DNA of 63,242 nt, filler included, from Lenisia limosa (GCA_001655205.1; 10 parts of 10 records of this genome joined end to end with filler, not necessarily neighbours in it); one strand, 5' to 3'; shown: positions 13,300-27,409, counted from the first letter of the whole stretch. Program-made: numbers and translations. Notes: a model not told the origin generated them from the sequence alone.

Positions 13300-16200
13300 A
13301 AGTATAGTCAGTAGTCGCACCGTCAAACAGAACCGTATCTGTCTAACCAAAATTCCTCTTGTGTTGGATTTTGGCCCCTCTTCGAAAAGCTTGAAAAGAA
13401 AATTGATTGGAAATGAATACTCATTTGCTTTGAGTGCTCCATCATTCTATGCACCAACCTGCTCACCAGTATCAATCCACTCCCTCACCTCTTCCTCTGC
13501 CATTCGTTGTCGCATTCGTTCCATTTCACGGACCTAAGAGAGTGATGCTTCTGAGGGGATATATCAAAACAAAAAAACTAATGATCACTCATATCATAAT
13601 TTTTTCATATCACAAGTGAATATGAGATATGATATAGTGTAATACCTAGGGCTTCATCGGTATAAAAAGACCGACAAATAAGGAAATATCGAATTATCCA
13701 GAAATTTGGTCTTTATTTAAGCACTATTTTTATAATATCTGCGTACTTGGCTTCTGATGTCCTCTAAGTCGTTTCGCGGTTCTCGTAGGTCTTGGGAATC
13801 CCTCATCCGTGAGTCTCGGGTGATGCTCATGCTAAAATGTGGGCAAATGAAAAGAGGACAGAAACCTCAACTTCAACCTTAAAACATTATTTATACAATC
13901 AGTAAATTACTCATTTTGAAACAAAAGGATTATCAATAATGAGAAGACAATGTTTGAACACCTTCCTACCTGCTTTGATTGAACTGATTAGCCTCCTGAA
14001 GGATGCGCGCAGTTTCATCACGTGCACGTCTGGTTTGCGCTAACAGATCTCGGGCTTCATCTTGAGAGTTAGAAGTGTGAGATAAAGAACCAAAGCAACC
14101 GTCTATAAAGAACCAAAGAAACTGTCCACGCTCCTAGTACCAGTCTGAGGGTTCTCCCGACCATTGAAAGTGCTGTTCATAAGTCGCGACTCCCACGCTG
14201 CAAGGGTCTCCTCCTTCGCTCTCAGAGAATCCGTGAGCTTCGGCGAGATCGGCTTGTGGGCAGGAGGTTGTGATCTGTTGTGTTAAACACGCAGCTGAAA
14301 AATATTCATCCCTCAAAACGACTGAATAAACTGGATTTTAACACACCCCTCTCATTAATCAAAACAAAAAAAAACACAATTGGGAGAGTGAAACAAAGAC
14401 AAAACATTTCAAATTTGGATTGTACTCTTTGCATTTCCAAGAATTTCAAAGGAAAGTTATTTCAATCCTATTCCCTATTCCTGAAGCGTTCCCTTATTAT
14501 CTCACCGTTCCTTCGCTTCAGCTCGCCTTAAGTTCCGCTCGGAGTCAAGAGACGCTCTCAATACCACAATCTCAGACGACAACGACGTTAGCAACCCAGC
14601 GAGGTTACTGTGATCTGAGGCCACTTGCTGTGTTACTGGTGTGTCTGGGGTGAATGTGTGGCTGCTTATAGGGTATGCATTCCCATTGGAACTTTGATAA
14701 GTGTTTTGGACTGGTGGAGGAGGGATGTGTGCATGCGAGGTGGGGGGAACCTGGGTGTGGGATTGAAGACTGACATTTCCAGCCGGGTGAACTTGGGAGG
14801 GTACTTGGCGATGGTGATAAGACGATGGCGGCTCCTGAACGATACGATCAGTAACGCTCTGTATAGAAGGAACTTCGGAAGATACCACGTCAGATTGAAG
14901 GGTTTCAGCTTTGCCGTTTTCTTCCTTTAGAATGTCCCGATGTGCAGATTGGCGATTGTACTCATTTGAGAGCTGAGTCAATTGATCAACATGCCTTGAG
15001 TTCCTATGGTTTTCAGCTACAACGCTCACTCCTTGTAGAGTGTCTTGTATGTCAGAGGAATCTTGTCGAGGCAAAAACTGGTTGTTGGAAACTTGGGGTT
15101 GTGTGGACGGCTGCAGCAGATTATGCGAGTCCGGGGCATTTTGATGGGAAGAATCCAAACCACTTTGGCTTCGATGGCTGTTTTCAAGTGTTGGAGTGGA
15201 GTCCTGGGGGATTAGAAAAGACGATCTTTATAAATGGAAATATATACTGTATTATGCTGGTACAACTTCATATATTCATGAATTATTGAAGTAAAACATC
15301 ATATCATATCTCATTTGCGATAAAAATGAAGTTGTAACATAACATTAGTTGAACAAAATAGACAAGACAAGCACCGTACATGAAGCGTTGATGGGTAGTC
15401 GGAGTGAAGAGGAAGCGCAGGAATTACGCCGCTCGCGGCAGTTTGAACAGCCATGCTATACAGCCGAGGGGCCGAGGTCTGAGCACCACGATTGCGTTGG
15501 TTAACGTCATTTGTCTGTACTCCAGCAGGAACAGTATGTGAAGTGGTTTGGGTGGCAGATGCGACATTTGGCTTGGAGGGGGGTATCAGGGGAGTTTCCG
15601 TCTGGATGGATGAAGTTCTGGTTTTAGTTTTGACAGAAACTGGAGAAAACTCTGTTGTTTGGGTGCAAATGGAATACGAGATCATGCGCCTTGGAGATTC
15701 GATGAGGGGTGTTCGCATTGGAGGGCTCAGAGGGAAAATGGGTTCAGGAGGGCTGGGAGGGAGGTTGTGCGTTTGAGAAGATGACGTCACCTTGGCAAGA
15801 GGTTCAGTTTGTGACTGATTTGAAACCTGACTGACAAATGTGGTAACTTCCTGTTTAGGAAGCTGTGCCTCAGTTTTGACACGGCTGGCTTGGAGTTTTA
15901 GATCAGAGATCTGGTCTTGGAGTATTGAAATTTCCATATTTCTCTCATCAACCGTATTTGTCAGCTCTTTTTTTGTTTCACGAAGGTCGATCAGCTCTTG
16001 GGGATCTGAGTTTTGGGCAGCATCAGAATCAACATCTTCAGAAACAAGAGGAGACATTGATTTTTGATCAGAAGGTGGGTCTTCAAGGAGGGCAATTGGA
16101 GACGTTTGGGTGGAGGTTGTAGAAAGAGGAAGAGTTGGGAGTGGAAGGGTAGAGGATGGAAGAACCGAAGGGTCAGTTTGGCAGGAATGAGAGGCAAGGC

Positions 16201-17830
16201 TTGGCGGGTGGTCAAGAATTTCAACTGGCGGTGTTTGAACTGTGAGAGTGGATGTTTTCGGAGGAATCGGCCACGTGTCAGTCTGTATTTCAGCCGATCT
16301 CGTCGGCGGCTTGATTGAAGCCGACGGAACTGCCGGAAGAGGTAAGTCCGAATCGGGGAAGTCATGAACGCCCGTCACACGCACAACATCAAACGAATCT
16401 GTCAACTCCAAATTGGTGGATGGAGGGTAGTTAGAATCCGTGGCTGTCGCATCGAATTTCATGTCAAAATCGGCTGTACTTGCCTTATGTGGAGGGGGTA
16501 CGCCAGTGCCATAACGAGTCATAGTTTCCTGATTAGGAAGGTCGTCAACCTTGTCCGTCTGGATATCAGCGTCAAGGGAAGGGGGTCGGACAAATAAGGG
16601 GCGATGTTCAGCAAGATACTCCGGGAGTTGTGAGAGAGCCACAACTAGCGACGAGGCTTGGCGATGGACTGCTTCGAGAATATCGAACGAATTTGGCAGG
16701 TTGTCGGAGGAGTGAGATTTGCCACACGGGCGAGTTGAAATGTCGGGTGGCGACTGGTCTTAGGTGGGTTAATAAAAAAGAACATCAATTCCTACAGTAT
16801 AACAACAAGCCTATCATTGTAGCCATTTGATATAATTCAAGGAGACACCCATATTCAAAAAAAGCTTCTACTGGATTGTAAAATAACTTATATTGGAGGC
16901 ACCCATATTAGCTTATATTGGAGGCACCCATATTCAAAAACAGCTTTATTGCTCCCAGCCAACCCTTTCCGTTTTTCATCCATCGTAACAGACTCCAACA
17001 CTCCTTTGTCAAATCAGCCAGAAACTGAAGCTCAGGCGGCTCTGAATGCCATGAGACAACGCCATAAAAATTGGAAAACAACAATCATACTAATGCCTAG
17101 TTTGGATGAGACATTTCATATACAAAAAGATACGTTTCATCAAAGACAGCTTATTATAGAAATAAGTAAGAAAAAATACCCTTATCCTATGATGCCTGTC
17201 CGTCAGGCCTCCAATATAAAACCCTGTCCATCCGCTGCGCAAACTGGTAGTAGGCGCATCGCGTTGGCGCGCAGTTTCCACTTTCTCTTTCGGCGGAATT
17301 GGTTTAGACTCTCCACGAGATGGCTTGTCTTTCTGGGCTTGAGGAGGTGGGGATTCAGGGTCACGTGGCTGTGGTTCGTTTTGACTTCGTGAGACAGCCT
17401 TTTGTCTTTCTGCTCGTGTTCTAAACAGTGAGGTAATAATATGATATCTATCAACTAAAAAACGATCTTTGATAATGCCTAATCCATCTCATCCTAAGTA
17501 CACAATACATATAGTACATAGTGTCTTTGTCTCTCTAGAACTTCATTAAACTATTTTCAAATTCTAAAAAAAGAAGTCATAGTCCTCCAACCTGGGGGCT
17601 CTCCTCGGACCTTCACCACTCCATCCTTTCTTGGACTGAATGATCAGTACCCACAGATTGCACCAGAGATTCCATCTGTATATACTGACCCAATCGATCA
17701 AAAGACCATCCCAACAAAGAAAGAGAAAGTTCTTCAAGATATCATAAATGGTGTTGTGCCACCAAAGCGCCTACCTGTACTTGTGGTTCATCTTCATCAG
17801 ACGAGTATTGGGGACGCTGGCTCCGAGACT
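13300..17830 (-). CDS. Multi-exon Ser/Pro/Thr/Gln-rich disordered protein with coiled-coil segments and many xQT motifs (5' end probably off scaffold)
   Basis: Long exons in ORFs 15311-16642 and 14502-15158, plus smaller GT-AG exons, e.g. ~13980-14070 (DEARDLLAQTRRARDETARILQEANQ), ~13458-13535 (VREMERMRQRMAEEEVREW) and ~17210-17425. Confidence 0.75.
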
Positions 17831-18370
17831 GCGGAGATTATTAGAATCGACGGAAGAGTAAAATAAGACAATTTCCAAAACGCTTGAACGCGAATGGGGG
17901 TTGGGGGATAATTTGGTACGTGATGTATAAATATAATTATGTATAATTANNNNNNNNNNNNNNNNNNNNNNNNNNNNNNNNNNNNNNNNNNNNTTAATTA
18001 ATTAANNNNNNNNNNNNNNNNNNNNNNNNNNNNNNNNNNNNNNNNNNNNCCTGTTCTGAAAAAACACCCCCTGTCCCACAGAGTTGATTGTGTGTTGTAA
18101 ATAAGAAGTATATAGGATATAGAAAAATATAAAACAAGGTTTATATGAGTTCTGGCCGAAGCCGTCCACACCATCACAGTTATAAAATATATATGTATAT
18201 ATATATTGGACTATCCAACTGATCCTATCTATCTAATGACTGCATCAATATCATAAATACAAACCAACTCAAAGACAAAACTCTTCTGGGAAACAAAACA
18301 CCTAACACAAACGACACTCTCGTTGAAACACAATCTAAACAAAAAGAAGCTGGGAAGAAGACAAGGCCCT

Positions 18371-21300
18371 TCATCGCAGTCCGAAGCCACGACCATGCGA
18401 AATGGCATAGTCCATTTTGGCCTCCAAGGTTTCATACTGGATGTACTCTAAACAGGGGCATTGTAAGGTGTGTTCTTGAAATAAGGGTGGTTTCTTTAAA
18501 CCCGGTTATGTCAAGAGAAGGCAGCATATATCATATATGATATCGGTTCCAAAAAAGGCTGAATTTCTCGAAAAATCCTCTAATAAGGTCGTTTTCGGAC
18601 CAACGGGAAGCCATATCATATATTTTATTTGCTGAAAATTTCGAAGAAGACCCCCCCTCCCTAACCTGGCAAAAGAAGGATATTGAAACATGTCGAGGCT
18701 GAAGGCAACCGATTCGAGTCTGTCCTGTTGGGGTAAAAAAAAGGGGGGGGGGGTGGAGAAACAAAAGAATCGCAGCTATCACATTCATTCACCCCCACAA
18801 TCAATAATACTTCCACTCCCCGTGAGACAAGACAGCCCCCCACCCAGAGCGCTGGATTGAGAAAGTGAGACAAGACAGGCCTTGAACAGGCACTCTGTCA
18901 CTACCTGTCACAAAGGCTAAGAGCTGGGGGGGGGGGGGGNNNNNNNNNNNNNNNNNNNNNNNNNNNNNNNNNNNNNNNNNNNNNNNNNNNNNNNNNNNNN
19001 NNNNNNNNNNNNNNNNNNNNNNNNNNNNNNNNNNNNNNNNNNNNNNNNNNNNNNNAGCGTGAGTACCCATCTGTAACAATATAAGCAAACAAATCATAAT
19101 ACACGGTGAATTAAGACACCATCCTAACTTAGCATGAAGAATTTTATCAAGGCACCAGCCTAACATGAATTTCTTTATTGGAACATCCGGTTTGAAGAGT
19201 CGCGATAAAGGAAACTATCCGCACCCCCATGATACAATTTCCCAATAGGGACTCCCACCTCGATAAGTGGTGACTCTCTCCAAATCATGAAGGTTCAGTT
19301 CTGAGGAGCCACAAATAATAACCTGGGGGTGAATAGATCCAGAATATGGAGAAATGTGAAAATAAATATCTAATAATTATCTCATATTTTAGGTATCTGG
19401 CCGAGGCCATCTACACCATCACTAATAGTATTGTAGATATTGGATGACTCTGAAATATTTACATGTATTCACCCACAAGAAAGGGAATCAAAACCCCTGT
19501 ATCCCACCTCCATATCCCTGGGGTCGAACAACCTGGAGAAGTTCCATTCCTGGGACAACACAAATCCGTCCCTGAAGGCTGATTTGCCCTCGGAATTCGA
19601 ACGTGAGAGGTCTGTGATGATGAAATTAGGGTGAGAGGGATGAAATGCAAAAATAGTTTGTTTTGTTGGTATCTTTTCGAATACCCCTCCTTTGCTTACA
19701 ATCTTGAGAGAGAAGATCCACATACTCCTGCACATTTTCCGGGGTAACATCAATCTAGAACAATGAATATGTTAAAATGAGAAATATAGTATCTGGCCGA
19801 AGCCAACATGCTTTAAATATATCATATAAAAAAATAAATATAATATATATCATATATATATATATATATACATATTTGCATATCAGAGCATAGAGGCCAA
19901 TATCTATTACATCCAAGATAAAATAATGTGAAGAATGGACATTTACCCCCCCCCACATCCGAGCCGCCATCCAGGAGATCAGAGCCATCGGGACTTGTGA
20001 ACACTAAACCCGTGTCGGTTGGACAGTCGGCTAGAAGATGATCTGGGGGGTGGGTGAGTTTTGCTCTAAAGTAAAAAAATTGAAACAAAAAAAACATCCA
20101 CTAGTAACACTCCCCACCAAGTCCTCTTGCAATATCTGGTTCGATATCGTGAAGGTCCTAAAACATTAAACCAATTGGCTAAACAGAAATGAGAAAAACG
20201 CAGTATCAGCAATCCACACCATAACGTTTATACAAAGATTCATTCTCAAGCCAAAGCTGTCCAGACCATCACAGAACATTGAACCTCAAGCCAAAGCCGT
20301 CAAGCAAAAGCCGTCACACCATCACATTTATACGAACATTGAATCTTAAGCCAAAGCCGTCCACATCATCACTTATTGTGGAGTATGTATTCATGTATCT
20401 CATTTTTACTATCAACTTGATTCCTCTCGTCCCTTAAGAATCTGATAACTAAATCTCAATTGTTATGGGCAAAAAAGTCATTAAAAACAACCCAGGGGTG
20501 CCATTTCCCACCTCGAAAGTCAACACGTGACCAAGAAGGACCTTAAACATGGCCAACGGGAAGGGCAGAGACAACCTCACGCCATGGCGCAGCGCCAAGC
20601 CAACAAAGGCCCCGGCAAGACGGAAATGACTCTCACGTGACATGGTCTNNNNNNNNNNNNNNNNNNNNNNNNNNNNNNNNNNNNNNNNNNNNNNNNNNNN
20701 NNNNNNNNNNNNNNNNNNNNNNNNNNNNNNNNNNNNNNNNNNNNNNNNNNNNNNNNNNNNNNNNNNNNNNNNNNNNNNNNNNNNNNNNNNNNNNNNNNNN
20801 NNNNNNNNNNNNNNNNNNNNNNNNNNNNNNNNNNNNNNNNNNNNNNNNNNNNNNNNNNNNNNNTATAGCACTTACCTAAACAGGCAACCCCCAATATAGC
20901 ACTTACCTAAACAGTCAACCCCCAATATAGCACGCACTTACCTAAACAGGCAACCACCAATATAACACTTACCTTAAGAGGCAACCCCCCGTGTGTCACG
21001 GGTGTGGGAGTATCCACGTGGAACTGTGGGAGCGGAATTGGCATAGGTGACGGGGTGGGAAGAAGGGGGGCCGCCTCGAGGATTTCGCGGTAAGCATTTT
21101 CCGTCACCGGGCCCTCCACCATCTGGAAAAATTACATTAACATCTAGAAAATTAAGATTCAATAAGCTGTATTTCTAAAAATCTCAAGATTTTATTCACG
21201 ATAATATCTTATTCTTATGTAAATATCACAACTGAGGACATACAGATTCCTGGGGTGCGGCTGTGCGGATACTTCGTGGAACACTCTGGATTGTGACGGT

Positions 21301-24300
21301 GTATAATTATCATATGGTTTGATGGTTAATGACATGCAATTAAAATTCAAACCAAAAATTAATATCACGTCCCCGCAATACACCAGGTGTATAACGATTT
21401 CTTTGTATAAACGAAACCTAGGCCTTCCCAAAAAAAGACTGAGTTTCTCGATAAATCCTCGATAAATATCGATATTTTTCCAGTCTTTTTCGGACCGTAG
21501 GGAAGCCCTAAAGACACCCCCCCCCCACCTGAGATGGCTGACGTGGTGCATAATGACCTGACTCGGCCGGCCCGGGAGAGGGGCCTCGAGTCAGCTCCGG
21601 CTCGGGGTAGGCTGGGGGGGCATATAGCGGCGTGATGCTGGGCGATGGTCTTGAATGGTGCGAGGGGTGCTAGTGAGTAAAACAAAGGAAACTCGATGAA
21701 GAATATTGGCTGGGGGCGGCGGGTGAATAATCACTCTTCGATATGAAGGAGTCTGAAAATGGGGGTTTCTTTACAATTTTAAAATGTCAAAAATAATGTC
21801 AAAATCAAATGCTGAATCCCGAAATAACCCCACCTGGGGCGGCGGCGGTGGTAAGTGGGCAGTCGGAATGGGTGCTGGGGTAATCAAGTCCAGTTCACTG
21901 GGGTCACCCAGTTCATTTCTGTCACCTTGGTCCTCTTGAATTGGAGGCAGGAAGGACACGGTGTGGGTTGGCCGTGGTGAGGGGTTAACAGATGAAATGG
22001 AGCTGTTTGGCGACGTCAAATCCGACTCCGAGGGGCTAGCCGGGACATGTGGGATGGATGCGGGGATGGTGACAGAAATGTTGGTGTGTGGCTGGTCGAT
22101 TTGGTCATGCAACGCGGACGCCAAGGGCGGGCGATGGGGCGTGACCGACACGACGGCAGGGGGTGGGGGATGCATGTGGCAACCAGCAGACTCAGGTGAG
22201 TCCTGAGACGAATTCGACGAAACTGACAGCGGCGTAAGGGTGGTTGACGACTGGCTCGGAGCAGGGACGGCCAGAGCAGGCTCGGCCGCAGCCACGTCAT
22301 ACAGTTGTGAGTTGTCGACAACCGGCGGTAAGTTGTCCCCGGCACAGGCTAGAGTGGCGTCACCAACGTCGCTTGCCGAGTCGATCTCCTGATCAAACTC
22401 GTGATCCTGACTGAGTGTGTCCTCATGGTCGTGAGCACCCTGTTGCTGCGCCGCCGTGTCTATTAGGATTGGTTCCATGCACACCGGCAGGGTCGACGGT
22501 GGGACTTGGTTGGGAGCGGGGTTCATGCTGGAGGAGGGGGGGTAAAACGAAGGAAATTTCGATGGTTAGAAAGAAATGAAATCACACAAATTATATAGTA
22601 GTGTCCCTCTTTTAAAAAAACATTATTGATAAAAATTTTACATTTCTGTCACATTTCTATCCCGTCAAACATCATGAGATTTCTATCATCTTCAGGCACA
22701 ACGTCGATTTGAAGAAGACTGGAAGCCCTTCGGAACCCTGGGGCTGGTGGACTGCTGGACATTTCCCTGGATTGTGACTATTATTTATTATAATGCATTT
22801 TTGAATACAATATAGTTGGTTGGTGACTTTTATCATAACCGTGGATTCGCTCATATTTCCGAAGCAAAGTGTTGTACTTAGTCTTGACCGATATGAATGA
22901 GATTTGCATCAGAAAAATCGGTCCACTTCTCCATGGCCCTTTGATCATCATAATCCATCATAATCCTTAATTCTCACCCACAGCCTATATTTCCAATCAT
23001 AAGTAGTGCCCATATGCCTATCACAATTGAACAGTCCTGACGCCCCACCTTGAAGGCACGTCTTCAATGGCGATCGATGTGTGGTTTTGGCCTGGGGGTA
23101 AGAGTGAATATACTATATGTCGAAATATGTCTTAAAATGAAGAGTATCCGGCTGAAGCCGTCCACAGGTAGGATTTCCTTTGGTCCAAAAAGAGTGGTAA
23201 AAATATCACTATTTATTTTTAGGGAATTACAATTAGAGCTTCACTTCGGTTCGAAAAATGAATTTCTTGATAAATCCTCGAGAACTATCGATATTTTAAC
23301 AGACTTTTTCTCACCGAAGTGAAGCCCTCTTATATTTGTGGGCCAACATCGTGAACATAGTGTACTCACCAAGAGGCGAAGATGAAATGTTCAGTGGAGC
23401 GGAGATATTCATCGGCAGTGGGGATTGGAGAGTCTGGATATAGTGAAGGTGTGTATGGGAGAGAGTGCTTGCATCCAACATCAAGAAAAACAAAAACTGT
23501 GTGAAGTTATAATGTCCAAAATTACGAACTTCTCTGAATCTTATGTCGACACTACTGATTATAATGTCCAAAACTACCACCCACCCGGAGAGTCGGGGTC
23601 ATGGCTGAAACAACCGGGGTGAGGGGAATCTCAACTGTAGAGGGGCCGGAGGGAGCTGAAATGTCAAATATCGGGACATTGGTCAGATCGGGCATATTGG
23701 TCAATTAGCAAATCTCTTGTTATTATTCGGAGCTCTTGAGTCAATAATATCAAAACTCTACCTATTGCCCCTCCACTCCATACTCTCACCCATGCTGGCT
23801 TCGGACATGGGCGTTGTCGGCTGGCTGACATACTCGGAACTGACAATCTCATCNNNNNNNNNNNNNNNNNNNNNNNNNNNNNNNNNNNNNNNNNNNNNNN
23901 NNNNNNNNNNNNNNNNNNNNNNNNNNNNNNNNNNACTTTAGTTAGCATCATCCCCACCCATCCAATGATAAAAATACCCCCCTTACTACCATTGGAGTGT
24001 TTGCTATGTGGTCTGCCAACGAAATGTGTCTGTCTCGCTCTACCACCAAGGAATCCTGGGTCTAAATGGGTGAGCTGTGGAGATCAAGGAGTCTAAAAAC
24101 AGAACCATGTTAATAATACACGTCTCTGTTTAACCAAAAAACAGAACCATTCCTTTACCCATACTATACCCAGGGCTTCACTTCGGTTCGAAAAAGACCG
24201 GTAAAATATCGGTAGTTTTCAAGGATTTATCGAGAAATTCAGGCTTTTTAGAACCGAAGTGAAGCCCTGCCTCTACCCCTATACCCCTCACCGCAGTGGC

Positions 24301-26431
24301 CGGCCAGGGTGTGGCGAGTCCCACTGGTGGCTGCAATGTGAGGTGCAGGCTCGGAGAGGAGTCAATGAAGGATGACGGCGGCGGGATAGTGTNNNNNNNN
24401 NNNNNNNNNNNNNNNNNNNNNNNNNNNNNNNNNNNNNNNNNNNNNNNNNNNNNNNNNNNNNNNNNNNNNNNNNNNNNNNNNNNNNNNNNNNNNNNNNNNN
24501 NNNNNNNNNNNNNNNNCCAGATACAATAATCCTATATCTCATATAAGCGTGATGATGTGAACGGCTTCGGTCGGATACCCCATTATAGTATCCAATTACA
24601 TACTACCCCCATCCCTCAAACCGAACTCGTATTCCTGACTGTTGAACCAAAGGTACCTTGAGCTCGTTGTGCGGAACAGACCTAAGCCGAGTTACAATGT
24701 AAGAAAAATCCGAGTTAAAATATGAAAAATCCCTGTTAAAATGTTAGAACTCATCCGCGTTACTTGTTAGAACCACATGGAGGCAATATGTCAGTAACAA
24801 CATCAATCCAACTGTACAAAGCCTTGAAACTGCTCCATATCCACTTGTAATATGCTGATATTGAAGTGATTCCATTCCATTGTTACTACGCCCTCCTACC
24901 ACTGGAGGGACTGAACAGGTCGGCCGCAAGCAATTGGAACCATTCTTTCGTAACTCCTCCAACATCCAAGCCTTCTTCACCGACAAACATAATCCTGAGG
25001 GGTTATTAAATATGTTTTTATCAGAAAAAAAGGAGGGGGTGATGGATTAGATGCATGAACAAGGCAAACTTCAAGGGTTTATGGAAGTCCGACGAAAGAC
25101 AGGCCAATTGTTTGATGGAGTCTGTGAGGATGTGCTTCCTCCGAATTTCCAGGCATAGGAAGGGGGTAATGGCTCGAAGCATCTGGGGCGAGAATCTGGG
25201 GAGGGGGGGTGAAATTGGAAAATTTATGAAACAAAAAAGAAGCCCAAAATCAACTCTGTTGTCTAACAACAGACGAGGTTTGATAACAACAAAACAAGCC
25301 CAGGACAGTCGCTTCTGCAGCACCGCATTCCTTACTACTACAAAAGGTAGCGTGTAATAGGTTGGGATTCCCTTTGGTCTCAAAAAAGAATGAATTTCTC
25401 GATAAATATCAATATTTCCTTGGTCTTTTTCGGATCGTAGGGAACCCCTAGTAATAGCACAAACCGACGGGCATGTCACCCCGTATCCATGAGATTCTTG
25501 CTATGTTACTCCAACCACCTCCTTCTTCAACCCCCCTCCCCTACGATGAAAGTGCGGACGGGCGACCAAGGAAGGAGACCAGCTGATAACTGCAGAAGCT
25601 GTAGAAAATCGGCATTCTAAACCATTAAAACTATAGATTTTTATTTTTGGCTTTCTCGTCACAATTGAGGTTTTGGGGTAAGGAGAACGGTTTTTGTACC
25701 CCATCTACAATTTCTCCAATTTAACAATTGCAAATATATCCTGGCAAACCCGTCCACCCCATCCAGCTGCACATCTAAGTACACCAATCTATATGATCCT
25801 AGATTCAATAGTGACTATACTGGGTGAATTAATATTATATACAATAACCCAATATATCTTATCAGCGTGATGGTGTGGACCGCTTCCGCCAGATACAACC
25901 TCATTATTAATTTCTCATTGCCAGATATATTATACTGTAAAACCCCCTCATACTTAAAGGACTGGGCTAAGGACGCCATTGAAATTACCCCCACAAGCTT
26001 GGCCTGGAGGGTGAGAGGGATATGCAGTATTTGGGCCTGGTACATGTCGATAATATGCGTCATAAGACTGTCCGATGAGGGGATACAATAGCTGGCTATC
26101 AGAGAGGGCGGGGGGACAAAGGAAACTTCAATGGAGTTGGCGCACGAACTGAAACCCGAAACAATAAACAAAAGCAATAAGAGAGGGATTTGAGATATTT
26201 ATGATGGAGGGTTATATCTTGTTTTGAGATTATCAGATATGGGATTAGGGCTTCACTTCGGTTCGAAAAAGACTGAATGTATCGATAAACCCTCGAAAAT
26301 TATCGAAATTTTACTGGCATTTTTCGAACCAAAGTGAAGCCCTATATGACATAATATGAAATACCCCCACCTTAGCCGCGGTAGTGAAGAGGAATGGAAA
26401 GTCCAGCAGGGTGTAGTCGTCGGGAAGGCTC
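18371..26431 (-). CDS. HECT-domain E3 ubiquitin ligase (HERC/UBE3A-like HECT), multi-exon, N-terminus off scaffold
   Basis: Spliced motifs in canonical order: YTLLDFPFLFTTAAK (26371-26431); PFLCLEIRRKHILTDSIKQL; FVGEEGLDVGGVTKEWFQLL; GLFRTTSSRYLWFN; FRLAGAFVGLALRHGVRLSLPFP; DLHDIEPDIARGL; IDVTPENVQEYV; IICGSSELNLHDLERVTTY; LLAFVTGSDRVP; LPSASTCFNILLLP (catalytic Cys codon 18688-18690); YAISHGRGFGLR-TGA (18371-18373). Confidence 0.93.
20864..20975. repeat. Intronic ~31-bp tandem repeat (TATAGCACTTACCTAAACAGGCAACCCCCAA, 3-4 degenerate copies)
   Basis: Directly visible head-to-tail copies next to an N gap. Confidence 0.8.
24171..24269. mobile_element. MITE family B (hAT-like), representative full copy; ~19 copies or fragments in the window
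   Basis: TIR CAGGGCTTCACTTCGGTTC...GAACCGAAGTGAAGCCCTG; flanks ACTATACC/CCTCTACC (6/8). Other copies at approximately 13648, 18540, 21419-21510, 23234-23329, 25363, 26246-26344, 29625, 29703-29800, 40010, 46622, 52306, 53740, 53785, 53944, 54243-54339, 58705, 59200-59271 and 60041. Confidence 0.9.
25209..25330 (-). repeat. Dispersed ~120-bp repeat family A (no clear TIR), representative copy
   Basis: Consensus CGGTGCTGYAGAAGCGACTGGYCTGGGCTTTGTTTTGTTGTTATCAACCCTCGTGTGTT..AGCCAACAGAGTTGATTTTGGGC-Tn-GTTTCATAAATTTTCCAATT. Copies or fragments near 9204, 28203-28315, 43425-43515, 47310, 49038-49140, 53895, 63078 and 63160. Confidence 0.85.
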
Positions 26432-26696
26432 CTATAAGGTCAGCCAAGAATGAGACAAATGCTAGATGTTAACTCTTCTCTAGCCAAGGCAAATGATGGA
26501 TGTTAACTCCTCTAGCCAAGGCAAATCCCAAATATAAGCCCTCCCCCACCTAGCAACTGTGATGAGCCCCTCACCTAGCAACCTAATGGGCCCCCCNNNN
26601 NNNNNNNNNNNNNNNNNNNNNNNNNNNNNNNNNNNNNNNNTTAATTAATTAANNNNNNNNNNNNNNNNNNNNNNNNNNNNNNNNNNNNNNNNNNNN

Positions 26697-27330
26697 CTTG
26701 GCCTGGTAGATTTGGTTCGAGACCCAAAAATGGCGCGTTTGATTGCGCGCGCAATAAAGGAGAAGGCGCAGCAGAAGGAGCAAGAAAAGCTTGACACCCA
26801 GCTTCTCTAAAGCGATCTCGGGATCTGTTGTTGTGGCTGATATGCCATTTTTCAAGATTACCCGGGTTATGCCGGGGTTTGTTAGGTTAGTGTTCGGTAA
26901 GATTTGTATCAATTGTAATGATGGACTTTGGACTATTTGTATCAATGGCATATCACAACAAGACCCTACACACCCAACATGCAAAATGACAAAATGATAG
27001 TTCCCAAATGCCAATTAGTCAATTAGTCCATTAGTCAACTTAGTGAAATCCTTCTCGTTAAATGACTCCAAAACACACCGCTAAAAAAAGACCAGTCTTG
27101 TGGATGGTTGTGTCCCCATGAATTAATTAATATAGCAATTATCCAGGACTGGTTCTCATTTCGCCAAAAACATATTATTACACATATTATTATCGTATTT
27201 ATACGCACACGCGGATTGATAGGGTAGAAGACAACAAAATCGCATTCATCGAACATTGATCGTTTTCTCAAACGGTAAGAGCGAGTTTAGAGCCATTCTC
27301 AGTTCTCCTGTGAGATATTGTTGGGATATC
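26697..27330 (-). CDS. Exon fragments of an unidentified minus-strand gene
   Basis: Open segment TTDPEIALEKLGVKLFLLLLLRLLLYCARNQTRHFWVSNQIYQAK (~26697-26830) with AG acceptors upstream. It lies on a different scaffold from the HECT gene. Confidence 0.4.
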
Positions 27331-27409
27331 GTGTTTTACGCGTCATTGATCATCACACTACCCTCCTTGGCCATTTCCCTTCCTGACAAAGGCGGATCAC
27401 CATCAACCA

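Noticed and set aside
24171-24269. MITEs as introner elements that create introns
   Set aside because: The copies examined lie inside longer introns and their ends do not coincide with GT/AG boundaries.
26697-27014. Continuation of the HECT gene N-terminus
   Set aside because: Same strand, but separated by an artificial spacer, and no diagnostic motif links them.
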